Assembly: GCA_963844985.1 (NCBI GenBank)
Contig: CAWJQV010000016.1
Coordinates: 5,467-69,466, forward strand
DNA from: an uncultured delta proteobacterium
GTDB lineage: Bacteria; Desulfobacterota; Syntrophobacteria; Syntrophobacterales; Syntrophobacteraceae
Length of the DNA stretch: 64,000 bases
Direction: 5' to 3'
Shown: positions 10,887-21,988 of the stretch, piece after piece
How the letters are laid out: the number at the start of each line of letters is the position of its first letter
How positions within the stretch are numbered: the first letter of the stretch is position 1
Notes under the pieces: generated by a model
Told to the model about the DNA's origin: nothing
The model's input: only the letters and a program-made list of their open reading frames with translations
Databases searched by the model: none
Position numbers and translations under genes: made by a program

Positions 10887-11459
10887 CTACCGGTCCATAT
10901 GAAGAAGGCGATCCATCAGAATAGCTGCTGCACAGCGCACTGACAGGTGGTTGTATCCACCTCTGCCCGGGATCGCATGAAGTACTGCATCCGCCTCCCT
11001 GATCACCGCAGGGGCCAAACCCCAGGCGGTTCCGAAGAGCAGAAGACAGGGCCGACGGGCGTTCGCCAGCCGCCGACGGGCCTGTCTGTGGGTCAGGGCT
11101 CCCGGCTGTTCGTTTGCCGTGGTGGCCCAAACCAGGGGTGCTTCCCCCCATTCCGCGTGAATCTCCTCCTTGACTGCGGCAATATCATCCGCAATCCTTA
11201 AACGCTTCAAGGCCTCTTCCCGATCAGGGTGCAATTCCTTGCCGATCCCTTTGCACCAATGGTCCAGCAGGCGCCTGATCAAGACCTTCTGGTCGTGCAA
11301 GGGCGTTACGATGTAGCAGGCCGGGACTGCATAAGTACGGGACGTACGCGCCATGTCATGCAGGTCCAGGTTGGTCATGGCCGAAGCAATGATCTCACCC
11401 TTGCGGTTGACGACCGGGTAGTGCACCAGGGCCACATAAAGCGGAAACGATTTCGTCAA
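10887..11459 (-). CDS. predicted SPOUT-type RNA methyltransferase (Methyltrn_RNA_4-like)
   Basis: LVHYPVVNRKGEIIASAMTNLDLHDMARTSRTY pattern. It sits between trmD and rplS. Confidence 0.6.
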   Translation of the reverse strand: MTKSFPLYVALVHYPVVNRKGEIIASAMTNLDLHDMARTSRTYAVPACYIVTPLHDQKVLIRRLLDHWCKGIGKELHPDREEALKRLRIADDIAAVKEEIHAEWGEAPLVWATTANEQPGALTHRQARRRLANARRPCLLLFGTAWGLAPAVIREADAVLHAIPGRGGYNHLSVRCAAAILMDRLLHMDR

Positions 11460-11514
11460 CGGCAGCGGCTACCCCCGAAGGTTCTCCAACAAAAGATCTG
11501 CAGCTGCGGCCCGG

Positions 11515-12303
11515 TCAAGACCGCACCGAAGAGTGGATATTTCGATCCTGCACCTGCTGCGACCTTTGAGCAAATTCCTTCTCCGCCTGCTGAAGCAGTT
11601 TCCGGTCCGGATCCGTCAGTTCCAGGCGGGCAAACAGATCGGGGCGGCGCAGCTTGGTCCGCAACAGGGCCTCACCTCTCCGCCATCGCTGAATCGCTTC
11701 ATGGTCACCCGAAAGCAGAATTTCCGGCACCCGGTGCCCTCGGAAATCCCGCGGGCGCGTGTACTGGGGAAACTCGAGCACCGGTTCCGCAAACGACTCG
11801 AATCTCGGCGAAGCGACATTGCCCAGGACCCCGGGAATCAGCCTGGTAACGGCATCCACCACTACCATGGCCGCCAGTTCGCCTCCGGTCAGAACATAAT
11901 CGCCGAGTGAAATCTGCTCATCGGTAAAGGATTCGGCAACCCGCTCATCCACCCCTTCATAGCGTCCGCAAATCAAAACCAGGCGGGGCAAAGCGCTCCA
12001 TCTCCAGGCACATTCCTGCTGAAACACGCGCCCCTGGGGGCTGAGCAGCACCACCCGGGGCCGGGGTTCCTCTGCTCTGAGCGTATCCAGAAGACTCACG
12101 ATCGGTTCGGGTTTCATAACCATGCCTTCGCCGCCCCCAAAAGGGCGGTCGTCGGTGACCTGATGTTTATCGACGGCATAGTCTCGGATATTGTGGACCC
12201 GAACGCTGATCAGACCCCGCTCGTGAGCTTTTCCCACGATGCTTTCCCGCAGAGGAGATTCAAACATGCCGGGGAACAGGGTTAAGATTTCAAAGATCAT
12301 CAA
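11515..12303 (-). CDS. trmD: tRNA (guanine37-N1)-methyltransferase
   Basis: [44 protein letters not shown] motifs. Confidence 0.92.
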   Translation of the reverse strand: MMIFEILTLFPGMFESPLRESIVGKAHERGLISVRVHNIRDYAVDKHQVTDDRPFGGGEGMVMKPEPIVSLLDTLRAEEPRPRVVLLSPQGRVFQQECAWRWSALPRLVLICGRYEGVDERVAESFTDEQISLGDYVLTGGELAAMVVVDAVTRLIPGVLGNVASPRFESFAEPVLEFPQYTRPRDFRGHRVPEILLSGDHEAIQRWRRGEALLRTKLRRPDLFARLELTDPDRKLLQQAEKEFAQRSQQVQDRNIHSSVRS

Positions 12304-12826
12304 GCAAACCGTCCGGCGGATCGATGATCATCCTTCCACCCCGAAGATCAACCTCGAGGATGACGTCAGCAATCGCCGGAATCAATACTTCGCCCGTGGT
12401 GTGGACAACCACATAAACGTCATGACCGCCGGTCTCGATCACTCCCCGGAGAATCCCGATTTCTTTACCTGCAACGGTTTCGACACGAAGCCCGTCGAGC
12501 TGGTAATGGTAATATTCTCCTTCCTCGGTGGGAGGCAGGCACTCTTCAGGGACAAAAATCTCCCGGTCAACGACTCCCTGAGCGGCATCGACGTCGGGGA
12601 TTTCGGCAAATTGGGCGATCAAATGCCTTCCCTGCGTGCGCAGATGCACCACGGTCAGTTCAACCGTCCCGGGACCTCCTGCAGAGTGGAGATGAAGCTT
12701 TGCCCCTGGTTTTTGAAGAGCCAGGGTTTCTCCATAAGGAAAAAGCTTGAGGGCGCCTCGAAGCCCGTGGGTCTTCACGAACTTACCCACAGGAATCAGG
12801 CGAGATCGATTCATCCACTCACTCAA
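12290..12826 (-). CDS. rimM: 16S rRNA processing protein RimM
   Basis: 178-aa ORF with [16 protein letters not shown] and a C-terminal PRC-barrel-like region, in rpsP-rimM-trmD synteny. Confidence 0.85.
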   Translation of the reverse strand: MSEWMNRSRLIPVGKFVKTHGLRGALKLFPYGETLALQKPGAKLHLHSAGGPGTVELTVVHLRTQGRHLIAQFAEIPDVDAAQGVVDREIFVPEECLPPTEEGEYYHYQLDGLRVETVAGKEIGILRGVIETGGHDVYVVVHTTGEVLIPAIADVILEVDLRGGRMIIDPPDGLLDDL

Positions 12827-13058
12827 TGATTTCCAGAACAGCCCGTTTCCGTATCTTCGTTGAAGCGGCGCTCAAAATCGTTCGCATCGCACGGGCAGTG
12901 CGCCCCTGCTTGCCGATAACCTTGCCCAAATCCTCTTTGGCGACTCTCAACTCGAGAACAGAGGTCTGTTCACCCTCTATTTCCGAGACCTTTACCTTCT
13001 CAGGATTATCCACCAAAGCCCGTGCCATAAAGTCGATCAATTCTTTCAACATTGTCAC
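12819..13058 (-). CDS. KH-domain RNA-binding protein (YlqC/UPF0109)
   Basis: 79-aa ORF with [26 protein letters not shown], between rpsP and rimM. Confidence 0.82.
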   Translation of the reverse strand: MTMLKELIDFMARALVDNPEKVKVSEIEGEQTSVLELRVAKEDLGKVIGKQGRTARAMRTILSAASTKIRKRAVLEIIE

Positions 13059-13092
13059 CTCCGGATCCTCCGCGCCGCAAATGCCTCTCTAC

Positions 13093-13353
13093 CTAAGAGG
13101 GCTGAGCACCATCATGAACGGTATGTTTGCGAATCAAGCTACGCACTGTATCTGTGGGTTTTGCACCCTCCTGGAGCCAATACTGTAGTCTCGCCGGGTT
13201 GATCTTGAAATGAGCCGGTTCCGGTAACGGGTTGTACGTTCCCAATCTCTCAATAAAGCGACCATCCCGCGGAGCCTCGGAAGAAGCGACCACAACATGA
13301 TAGAAGGGTTTCTTTTTCCTTCCGCCACGGGCCAAACGAATGCGCACGGACAT
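13093..13353 (-). CDS. rpsP: 30S ribosomal protein S16
   Basis: MSVRIRLARGGRKKKPFYHVVVA N-terminus. Confidence 0.95.
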   Translation of the reverse strand: MSVRIRLARGGRKKKPFYHVVVASSEAPRDGRFIERLGTYNPLPEPAHFKINPARLQYWLQEGAKPTDTVRSLIRKHTVHDGAQPS

Positions 13354-13605
13354 AATCTGGGTTTTACCTCCTCGTCAAGAACCTGGGCTCGTCTTCCCGA
13401 AGCCCAAGCTGAAAACAAATTGTCTCACTGGTCCGACCTTTTCCTTCCAGATGATTTTCATGGCGGAGCCACGCCCGCTAAGCATGCAAACAGCACCTGG
13501 AGTTATGATGCTTCTGCTCGGCACATAACACCGTAAGACCCGCATGATGTTTTCCCCATGCAGGAGTTGCGGCGCAAATGTTTCATATACTCCATCGCCG
13601 GAGAA

Positions 13606-14961
13606 TTAAAAAGGAAAAAATGAACGCTTCCGACGGGTCTTGCCTTTCTTCTTTTTGCCCCCCGCTCCTCCACCAACAACCTGCCGCATCATCCTGCGCG
13701 CCTCATCATAGCTCTTCAGCAGGCGATTCACGTCATGAACCGCCGTCCCGCTGCCGTTGGCGATGCGCCGTCGCCGACTGGCGTTGATGATGGCAACATT
13801 CCGGCGCTCGTCTTTGGTCATGGAGTTGATGATGGCTTCCATGCGGACAAATTCCTTCTCGTCCACCTGCATTTTCTTCAGTTCTTTCATCATCCCCATG
13901 CCGGGAAGCATGCTGATGATCTGTTCGAGTGAACCCAGTTTTCTGATCTGACGGAGCTGATTCCGAAAATCTTCGAGGCTGAAGGAGTCCTCCCGAAACT
14001 TCCTGGCCATCTCCTCGGCTTCTTTCTCATCAAAGGCTTCCTGGGCCTTTTCGATGAGCGAGAGGACATCACCCATGCCCAAGATACGGGAACTCATCCG
14101 ATCCGGGTGGAAAACCTCCAGGGCATCCAGCTTTTCGCCGACACCGATCAGTTTGATGGGGCAATTGGTTACGGCTCGGATGGAGAGGGCGGCGCCGCCG
14201 CGGGCATCACCGTCGAGTTTGGTAAGGACGACGCCGGTTATACCAAGCGTTTCGTGGAAGGAACCCGCGATCTTTACCGCGTCCTGACCGGTCATGGCAT
14301 CGGCGACGAGCAGGATCTCCACCGGTTGCAGGATTTCCTTCAAGCGGGTCAGTTCGGCCATCAGTTCGGAATCGATGTGGAGCCGCCCGGCGGTGTCGAC
14401 CAGCAGGGTGTCACAATTGTGTGCGTGGGCAAAAGGCACGGCTTCCCTGACGATTTCCTCGGGGCGCTGACTGGTCGTGGCAGGATAGACGGGCAATTGC
14501 AGTTGCCTGCCGAGAGTCGTCAATTGGTCGATGGCGGCGGGACGGTAAACATCTGCGGGAACCAGGCAGGGTCTGCGTTTCTCCTCCACGAGTTTGCGTG
14601 CGAGTTTGGCCGTGGAGGTGGTCTTGCCCGAACCCTGGAGCCCTACCAGCATGATGGCAACCGGTGGCCGCCCGAGGAGCTTCAGGGGTTCGGCGGTGCC
14701 ACCCATAAGCTCGGTGAGCGCTTCGCTGACAATTTTGATCACCTGCTGGCCGGGGGTGAGACTGCTCATTACCTCCTGGCCTACCGCGCGTTCCGCAATC
14801 CCGGCGACAAAATCCTTGGCAACCGTATAGTGGACATCCGCTTCAAGCAGGGCCATCCGGACTTCGCGAAGAGCGTCCCGGATATTTTCTTCAGTCAATT
14901 TTCCCTGTCCGCGAAGGTTCTTAAAAATCTTTTGGAATTTATCAGAGAGACCATCAAACAT
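13606..14961 (-). CDS. ffh: signal recognition particle protein Ffh
   Basis: MFDGLSDKFQ start, GLQGSGKTTS P-loop, DTAGRL, M-domain with GMGDV and a Lys/Arg-rich tail. Confidence 0.95.
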   Translation of the reverse strand: MFDGLSDKFQKIFKNLRGQGKLTEENIRDALREVRMALLEADVHYTVAKDFVAGIAERAVGQEVMSSLTPGQQVIKIVSEALTELMGGTAEPLKLLGRPPVAIMLVGLQGSGKTTSTAKLARKLVEEKRRPCLVPADVYRPAAIDQLTTLGRQLQLPVYPATTSQRPEEIVREAVPFAHAHNCDTLLVDTAGRLHIDSELMAELTRLKEILQPVEILLVADAMTGQDAVKIAGSFHETLGITGVVLTKLDGDARGGAALSIRAVTNCPIKLIGVGEKLDALEVFHPDRMSSRILGMGDVLSLIEKAQEAFDEKEAEEMARKFREDSFSLEDFRNQLRQIRKLGSLEQIISMLPGMGMMKELKKMQVDEKEFVRMEAIINSMTKDERRNVAIINASRRRRIANGSGTAVHDVNRLLKSYDEARRMMRQVVGGGAGGKKKKGKTRRKRSFFPF

Positions 14962-15274
14962 AGCGCCCACCACACTCACTGAGTCTGTAAGTCGATTTCC
15001 ACTGCCGGCCGAGCTTCGTCCCCCGGCCGAATTTCAGCCAGGCGGCGCCTCGTGCCTGAATCGTGGGATTATGTTCACCACCACCCGTCGCACCGCGAAT
15101 ACAGGGCATTGAGAGGGTGTCGGGACTTTCCTGGATTCCGGCTTTCACCGGAATCACGGAAAGTTTCTCGGCACCGCGCAATCCCTCTGGGATCAGGTCG
15201 TATATACATCACAAGGTACAGGAAAGAAAGGGATTTGGGGAAGGGTAAGCAAGATGGGAAACTGATGCGAAGGG

Positions 15275-15306
15275 ATCGCCGACAGGGAGTGTTCCCTGCC
15301 GGCGAT
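15275..15306 (-). terminator. strong hairpin just downstream of hppA
   Basis: ATCGCCGGCAGGGA-acac-TCCCTGTCGGCGAT on the minus strand, 15 nt after the hppA stop. It lacks a clean U tract. Confidence 0.4.
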
Positions 15307-15320
15307 GGTTCGAAATGGAG

Positions 15321-17378
15321 CTACTTAATGAGCGGAATAATAAGCAGCGCCACGATGTTGACGACTTTGATCATCGGGTTGATGGCCGGACCGGCGGTAT
15401 CCTTGTAGGGATCGCCTACGGTGTCACCGGTGACTGCGGCTTTGTGAGCATCGGAGCCCTTGCCGCCATACATCCCGTCTTCGATGAACTTCTTGGCATT
15501 GTCCCAGGCGCCGCCGCCACTGGTCATGGCAATGGCCAGGAAGAGGCCGGTGATGATGCTGCCGATCAGCACGCCGCCCAGAGCTTCCTTACCGATCAAC
15601 ATGCCGACGATGACAGGGGCTGCTACCGGAATCAAAGCGGGCAGCATCATTTGCTTGATGGCGCTCTTGGTCACGATATCAACGCACTTGCCATACTGCG
15701 GCCGCGCGGTGCCTTCCATAATGCCGGGGATTTCACGGAACTGGCGGCGGACTTCCTCAACAACCCCGCCGGCAGCCTTACCCACCGCTTCCATCAGCAG
15801 CGACCCAACAAAGTAGGGCAACAAGCCACCGATGAAGAGACCTACGAGGACCTTGGGATTGGAGAGATCAAATGCCAAGCCCGCTTCAAACGATCGGGAA
15901 TACTCGGCAAAGAGCACCAGAGCGGCAAGAGCCGCCGAGCCGATGGCATAGCCCTTGGTGACGGCTTTGGTGGTGTTGCCCACGGCATCCAGAGGATCGG
16001 TCACGGCGCGAACGCTCTCGGGCAGTTCCGCCATTTCGGCAATACCACCGGCGTTGTCGGTGATCGGACCGTAGGAGTCGATGGCCACGACGATACCGGT
16101 CATGGAGAGCATCGCCACCGCGGCAAGAGCAATGGCAAACAACCCGCCGCCGGGATTGCCGGCGAACCCGCCACCCAGCGAATACGCCCACATGATCGCA
16201 CCACAGATAACGAGCGCCGGGGCGCCGGTCGACTTCATGCTCACCGCAAGACCGGCGATGACATTGGTGCCGTGCCCGGTCTGGCTGGCGGCGGCAATGT
16301 GCTTAACCGGATTGAAGCTCTTGGAGGTGAAGTACTCGGTGATCATCACGATCAGACCGGTCAGGAGCAAACCGATAACAGCGATGGTGAAAACACCCAT
16401 CGGCGTGAAAATTTGTTCCACTCCGGGTCGTGCGAGGAACATGTCGGAAGCAACGTAAAAGGCGCCGGCGGCGAGAATGCCTGAAACCGCAAGGCCTTTG
16501 TAGAGAGCGCCCATGATGTACTGGCTCTTGCCAAGCCGCACAAAGAAGGTCCCGATGATGGAGGCGATAATCGAAATACCGCCAATCAGCAAGGGGAATT
16601 CAACCCACTTGCTGTCGGGCCCGTATATGGTCTTTGCCAGCAGCATTGCCGCAACCAGGGTAACCGTATAGGTTTCATAAAGGTCGGCAGCCATACCCGC
16701 GCAATCGCCCACATTGTCACCCACGTTGTCGGCGATGACTGCGGGATTGCGGGGATCATCCTCGGGGATGCCGGCTTCAACTTTGCCAACGAGGTCGGCG
16801 CCAACGTCTGCAGCTTTGGTGTAAATGCCGCCGGCGATACGAGCAAAAACGCTCATCAGGGAGCAGCCGAATCCCAGGCCAACCAGAGCATGAAAGGCAT
16901 CGTCAACCGGCGCAACGGTCCTGACGAAATGGTAGTAACCGGTGAGGCCAAGCAAGCCGAGGCCTACGACCATAATGCCGGTAACCGACCCACCCTTGAA
17001 GGCCACGTTCAATGCCGGCTGAATCCCGCTTTTGGCTGCTTCCGTGGTGCGGACATTCGCCTTAACACTGACCATCATGCCAATGTACCCGGCAAGGGCT
17101 GAACCCACCGTACCTATGACAAAGCCCACGGCGGTCCACTTGCCAAGATAGGTGATCATGGCCGCGAGGACGACCATAACGATTCCCACCGTCTTGTACT
17201 CGCGATTCAAGAAGGCTGCTGCTCCCTCTGCGACGGCGCCGGAGATCTCCTGCATTCTCTCTGATCCCGCAGGCTGCTTCGATACCCATGCTGCGGTCAG
17301 CAGCGCATAGATCACACCTAAAGCGCCACACCCCAGGGCGAAAAAGACAATGTTTTCCATTAACATCGAGTCCTCCAT
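15321..17378 (-). CDS. hppA: membrane-bound proton-translocating pyrophosphatase; GNTTKA suggests the K+-independent type
   Basis: 685-aa polytopic ORF with [44 protein letters not shown] and [11 protein letters not shown] motifs. Confidence 0.95.
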   Translation of the reverse strand: MEDSMLMENIVFFALGCGALGVIYALLTAAWVSKQPAGSERMQEISGAVAEGAAAFLNREYKTVGIVMVVLAAMITYLGKWTAVGFVIGTVGSALAGYIGMMVSVKANVRTTEAAKSGIQPALNVAFKGGSVTGIMVVGLGLLGLTGYYHFVRTVAPVDDAFHALVGLGFGCSLMSVFARIAGGIYTKAADVGADLVGKVEAGIPEDDPRNPAVIADNVGDNVGDCAGMAADLYETYTVTLVAAMLLAKTIYGPDSKWVEFPLLIGGISIIASIIGTFFVRLGKSQYIMGALYKGLAVSGILAAGAFYVASDMFLARPGVEQIFTPMGVFTIAVIGLLLTGLIVMITEYFTSKSFNPVKHIAAASQTGHGTNVIAGLAVSMKSTGAPALVICGAIMWAYSLGGGFAGNPGGGLFAIALAAVAMLSMTGIVVAIDSYGPITDNAGGIAEMAELPESVRAVTDPLDAVGNTTKAVTKGYAIGSAALAALVLFAEYSRSFEAGLAFDLSNPKVLVGLFIGGLLPYFVGSLLMEAVGKAAGGVVEEVRRQFREIPGIMEGTARPQYGKCVDIVTKSAIKQMMLPALIPVAAPVIVGMLIGKEALGGVLIGSIITGLFLAIAMTSGGGAWDNAKKFIEDGMYGGKGSDAHKAAVTGDTVGDPYKDTAGPAINPMIKVVNIVALLIIPLIK

Positions 17379-17839
17379 TTTGAGTAAAGTTTCTTTTTCC
17401 TAGAATCTTTTGGACATGAGGTCCATTCCCTCACTGCATCGAAAACTTACAATCTGTGTCGGTCACCTCCTCCTATCAGTTGTGAAATTTGGTCAAAAAA
17501 CCCGGTTTCATTGAGAAAATAACGAAGGTACGCCCATCCTCCTCCCCTTTTCAGCGGAGTTGGCAAGCGAACTCAACAAGAAAACGATTCCCTTTTCATC
17601 CGGAGGCGCAATTGCGGAAGATGGAGCGGAGAAATGCGAATCAGAAGAAGAACCGTTTCGGCCTTACGCTCAGCCATTATTCATAAGCCACCGCCTTGAA
17701 CAGCAACCCGCATGCCGAGGCATCACTCCAGGGCGCCATGAAGCTGGGGCCTTTTTACACGCGCGCCAAGCTACTTTAGCACAGGCTCCTTTGTCAAGCG
17801 GAAAACGTTCACAATCAAAAATCCGGTTTCACCCCGCCC

Positions 17840-19702
17840 TCACGCAGGGCCGATGCGCTCCCTGACGGCCAGGAGCTTGTTCCTCAGTTCATCCATTTCA
17901 GGCAATTCCCGGGAAAGAGCCGACTGCCTCAGCAACAACTCCTCTTCCCCTTTCGCCCTCTGCTTCATCCCTTTTTCCATGGCCGTGCCGATCCCTGCCA
18001 GAGTCGACCGCATTTTTCCGACCATTTCCCGATGGAATTTCTGTTTGCTGTCGCTGAGTCTTGCAATGAAATCATGCCTCATCCTGCCGGCCTGCATTTC
18101 GATCAGCTCCAGCATGCGGCGCTTCCTCTTGCCAAGGATCACGCTGTTGGCCTTCCTGAAAAGAAAGGCCTTGAGCTTATGAAAACGGTTGCTGATGTAC
18201 TTCGGAAACACCTGAGTGAGAGAATCCGCAAGCATGTCGAGCCCGACGGGTTCTTCCCTGAGTTTGTAGGAAAAATTCGACTCCCCGGTCCAGAGCGACT
18301 CAGCCTTGACGCTGCTGAAGGGCACCGCAAAGAGCTGCGATGAGAATTCCAGCAGGTCGTCGATGATCTGGTTCATTTTCGCGGCAAAACGATCGCAGAT
18401 TGCCTGATTGGCCCTCGCCAGGGCGTCGTCCTCCTTTATGCGCCAGGCGTTGAATGCCGGTTCGACCTCGTTCACCACGTAAGCTTCAAGGGCATCGTTC
18501 AACTCCTTCAACGAAAGGTCTTTGTGGTCCTCATGGAAGGCGTCGAATCCCTGCTCCATTTGCGGAATAAGCTCCTTCTTGAAGGCTTCGAGGTCCTCAT
18601 CGAGTCGCACCCTGATCAGTCGCTTGATCTCACCATCCAGGAGGATGTCGAAATTCCTCTCTTCCATAAGGACTTCTTCCTTCTTGAGCTCCAGTGCCTG
18701 AAGCTTTTGCTGGAGTTCGTCCACCGGACAGATCAGGGATTGCCATTCGAGTTCCAATTGGAGTCGCGCCTGAGAGAGGACTCTCAAAAGGTTGTTGACC
18801 ACGGAACGAAGGAGGATGCTGCCCTTTTCCTCAATCAGAAACGTGTTCAAAACTTCGGCAAAAGCGGGAAGCTTACTCCGTTCGCGCAGTTCTTCCGAAC
18901 CCTCCAGATTTCCTGCCAGAGCCAGTTTGGCCGATATCGGATAGACTTTGACTGCGAACCCTGCCGCTTCCTTGATGGTGCTTCGGGCAAAGGCGATGGA
19001 TTCTTGGATTTCCCGGTCGGTGACATAGTCGATCTTGTTCAGCAGGAAGAAGATCTTGTCCGAATACTGCTGCACGTCCTTCAGGAAATCGAGTTCCGCC
19101 TTGCTGACCGGCTGCTCGACCGAGAGCAAAAAGAGCGCCGCGTCGCAGTTGGGTAGGTATTGGTAGGCGACATCGGTGTTGTGAATGTAAACCGAGCCCA
19201 CACCAGGGGTATCGACCAGGCGCACGCCGTCTTTCAGATAGGGAGAAGGATAGCTCACAAGAACCTCCTTCACCTCCTTGATGTTCTTGGGATTACCCGG
19301 CTCAGTGACATATTGGCCAAGGTCTTCAGGGTCAATGGTGGTGATCGTCCCATCCTGGAAGGACACCCGGATGTGCACCGTCTCACCGTAGGTTAGAACG
19401 GTCACGATGGAGGTCAAAGGAACGACACCGGTCGGGAGCAAATCCACTCCCATGAGAGCATTGATGAGGCACGTCTTGCCTCTCTTGAATTGGCCGACCA
19501 CGACCAGATTCAGAGTGTTCGTGCGGACCTTTTCGGCGAGTTCCTCGATAGGAAATCCTGCCAGATGTTCCAGCGCCGACATCTGAACGATACAAGCAAG
19601 GATTTCCTCTTTTAAGACCGCGTATTTGTGCATCTCCAAGAAGTCCCTTATCTCCCTTTTTCTGACGCTATGTTCCGGCATCTGTTGCATGGAAAGAGGC
19701 AT
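17840..19702 (-). CDS. dynamin-family GTPase (bacterial dynamin-like protein)
   Basis: 620-aa ORF with a VVVGQFKRGKTCLINALMG P-loop, DTPGVGS and NKIDY G4 motifs, followed by a long helical region. Confidence 0.75.
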   Translation of the reverse strand: MPLSMQQMPEHSVRKREIRDFLEMHKYAVLKEEILACIVQMSALEHLAGFPIEELAEKVRTNTLNLVVVGQFKRGKTCLINALMGVDLLPTGVVPLTSIVTVLTYGETVHIRVSFQDGTITTIDPEDLGQYVTEPGNPKNIKEVKEVLVSYPSPYLKDGVRLVDTPGVGSVYIHNTDVAYQYLPNCDAALFLLSVEQPVSKAELDFLKDVQQYSDKIFFLLNKIDYVTDREIQESIAFARSTIKEAAGFAVKVYPISAKLALAGNLEGSEELRERSKLPAFAEVLNTFLIEEKGSILLRSVVNNLLRVLSQARLQLELEWQSLICPVDELQQKLQALELKKEEVLMEERNFDILLDGEIKRLIRVRLDEDLEAFKKELIPQMEQGFDAFHEDHKDLSLKELNDALEAYVVNEVEPAFNAWRIKEDDALARANQAICDRFAAKMNQIIDDLLEFSSQLFAVPFSSVKAESLWTGESNFSYKLREEPVGLDMLADSLTQVFPKYISNRFHKLKAFLFRKANSVILGKRKRRMLELIEMQAGRMRHDFIARLSDSKQKFHREMVGKMRSTLAGIGTAMEKGMKQRAKGEEELLLRQSALSRELPEMDELRNKLLAVRERIGPA

Positions 19703-19791
19703 TCACATATAATGAGCAGCCAGGAAAACCGCAAGAAAAAATCTTTACCCCCGAAACCGCGGACGGCACGAAGCCTTGAAAGGAGAACCCG

Positions 19792-20725
19792 GTGAAAGGT
19801 CCCCCGATGAAACAAAAATCTCGCTTTAGAGGGCTAAGGTTGCTCTCCTTCACATTCTTTGCGCTCCTCTTCGGAAGCACGGGAACCGGCGCTGCCGTCG
19901 ATGACGCCTTTGCACCTCTGAAACAGAAACTGGCTGCCGACGGCTTCGCGCAGACCCAGGTCGCACATTTTGTATCCTCCAGGGCTCACTCCGCTCTATA
20001 AGAACGTCGCTCAGACCCTCCATCTCACGGAAAGCAAGCTGAATTACGATCAATTTCTGCAGCCCTCGGCCGTTGCTGAGGCCAAGCGCTTTCTTCGCCG
20101 AAACGAGGCCGTCCTTTTGCACGCCGAGGAAATCTATGGTGTCAACCGCTGTGTGATCGTCGCCATCCTTTTGGTCGAGACTCACTTCGGCAGCTACACC
20201 GGGGCGACTCCGACCTTCACCATCCTCTCCACCTTTGCCCTCATGGATCAACAGAGCAGTCGCGACCGGGTCTGGAATCTCATGTCCCCTCAGGACCGGA
20301 AGAAGTGGGACCGGGCCGAATTTGACCGGCGCCTCACGCGAAGGGCTAACTGGGCCTATGATGAGCTCTATGCACTGCTGCGCCTTACCGACGGCAACCC
20401 GAAGAAAGTCACGGCGCTGAAAGGTTCCGTCATGGGAGCGATCGGTTGGCCCCAGTTCCTGCCCTCCAGCCTGGTCCGATGGGGAACCGACGGCAACCGT
20501 GACGGCCGGATCGACCTCTTTGAGCTGGATGACGCCGTCTTCAGTGTCGCCAATTATCTGCGGGTGCACGGCTGGGATGAGGCCGGGACCGAATCTGAAA
20601 AGGAAGACGTGATCTACACCTACAACCACAGTCGCCCCTATGTGGGGGCAATAATGGGAGTAGCCGGGGAACTGGGCGAGTGTTCCGGAAAGAAATCCGC
20701 TTCGGGACCCGGATCAAGGCCTTAG
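19792..20725 (+). CDS. lytic murein transglycosylase (MltB-like); frame broken in the T4 run at 19968-19971
   Basis: A signal-peptide ORF (19792-20001) and the catalytic part (19970-20725; AILLVETHFG, GAIGWPQFLPSS, YNHSRPYV) join if one T is removed: ...VAHLYPPGLTPLYK. Confidence 0.72.
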
Positions 20726-20781
20726 CCGGCGTCCATCCGGAAACCCTTCATAACCGAGTTCATACGGGGATCAGGCTTCAC

Positions 20782-21309
20782 TCAATAACAATTGTCCGGC
20801 GGCAGCCCGAGCTTCTGATCCCGGGCCAACCGTTCGGCCAGCTTTTTTTCAACGGGCTCCGGGACCAGACCGGTCACACAGCCGCCCGACAAGACCACTT
20901 CCTTGATGATGCTTGAACTGATGTAAATATAGCGCATTCCCGTCATCAAAAAGAGCGTTTCGACTTCGGTGCTGAGCTTGCGATTCATCAGGGCCATCTG
21001 AAATTCATATTCGAAGTCGCTGATCGCTCGCAGTCCGCGAACAATAGCATTCGCCTTAACGCTTTTTACGTATTCAACCAGCAGCCCACGAAAAGTGTCC
21101 ACTTCCACACGGCTTTCGAGCGGATGGCCGACGAGTGAAGCCTTAATCAGGTCGATGCGTTCTTCAAGCGTGAGAAGGGGTTTCTTGCCCGGATTGGCGG
21201 CGATGGCGATCACTATCCTGTCGAAAATCTTCAAGGCACGCTCAAGCAGGTCCAGATGGCCATTGGTAATGGGATCGAACGATCCAGGATAGACCGCCAG
21301 CTTATCCAT
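20782..21309 (-). CDS. coaD: pantetheine-phosphate adenylyltransferase
   Basis: AVYPGSFDPITNGHLDL and SSSIIKEV motifs. Confidence 0.92.
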   Translation of the reverse strand: MDKLAVYPGSFDPITNGHLDLLERALKIFDRIVIAIAANPGKKPLLTLEERIDLIKASLVGHPLESRVEVDTFRGLLVEYVKSVKANAIVRGLRAISDFEYEFQMALMNRKLSTEVETLFLMTGMRYIYISSSIIKEVVLSGGCVTGLVPEPVEKKLAERLARDQKLGLPPDNCY

Positions 21310-21355
21310 GCTTTTCTCCTTTCAGACAAGTCCCGGAAGAGATTCATCGCCAGAA

Positions 21356-21919
21356 TCAGTGAGCAAGCTCTCTCGCAAAGAAGGAAACCACCGTATCACC
21401 GTATTTCCGCTCCTGGACCCTCAGCCATTCCTGTTCCTCCGAGGGGAGCGGCAGCAAGTCTCTAACACCGTGTTCAGCGACCACAAGGGTCCCCCCTCGG
21501 GCCGCACCGCCGAGGTCCGAAAGAGTCCTTTGAACCAACCCTTTCCCGTAAGGGGGGTCCATAAATACCAGGTCAAAAGCCTCCCCTTGACCCCCAAGCC
21601 GGCGGAGTGCTTGATTTATCGTTCCGTGAATGATGCTCACCCGGTCCTGGACTCCGCAAAGCTCGGCATTAGACCGAATCAATCGAACCGCGTGCACGCT
21701 TTGATCGACAAACACCGCTTCCGAAGCCCCGCGACTCAAAGCCTCCAGGCCCAGCGCTCCGGTCCCGGCGAAAAGATCGAGCACCCTCGCCCCCACCACC
21801 GCCGGCCCGATAATGCTGAAGATGGCCTCGCGCACACGATCGGAAGTCGGCCGGATCTCCTGTCCTTTCGGAGCAAGGAGCCGTCTCCCTCGAAAAGTGC
21901 CGGCGACAATGCGCATCAT
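21356..21919 (-). CDS. rsmD: 16S rRNA (guanine966-N2)-methyltransferase
   Basis: MRIVAGTFRGRRL, RPTSDRVREAIF, LDLFAGTGALGLEALSRGA, VFMDPPY motifs. Confidence 0.88.
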   Translation of the reverse strand: MMRIVAGTFRGRRLLAPKGQEIRPTSDRVREAIFSIIGPAVVGARVLDLFAGTGALGLEALSRGASEAVFVDQSVHAVRLIRSNAELCGVQDRVSIIHGTINQALRRLGGQGEAFDLVFMDPPYGKGLVQRTLSDLGGAARGGTLVVAEHGVRDLLPLPSEEQEWLRVQERKYGDTVVSFFARELAH

Positions 21920-21926
21920 TAAGAAA

Positions 21927-21961
21927 CAGTGATCAGTGGTTAGTGATCAGTGGCCAGTAAA
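21927..21961 (+). repeat. five tandem heptamers CAGTGAT CAGTGGT TAGTGAT CAGTGGC CAGTAAA
   Basis: Read directly in the rsmD-asd intergenic region. Confidence 0.8.
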
Positions 21962-21988
21962 CGGGCCGCAAAGCAAAAACGAGGGCGT

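Noticed and set aside
15315-16484. Long + strand ORF (389 aa), plus similar ORFs at 14107-14982, 21950-22774, 23351-24244, 24297-26066, 27139-27816, 27882-28580, 29306-31147, 48007-49425 and 56348-57988
   Set aside because: Each lies fully antisense to a well-supported conserved gene (hppA, ffh, asd, leuB, leuCD, psd, ilvC, ilvB, the DUF1254 protein, the IS transposase). Their low-complexity Gly/Arg/His-rich translations are typical of shadow ORFs in GC-rich DNA.
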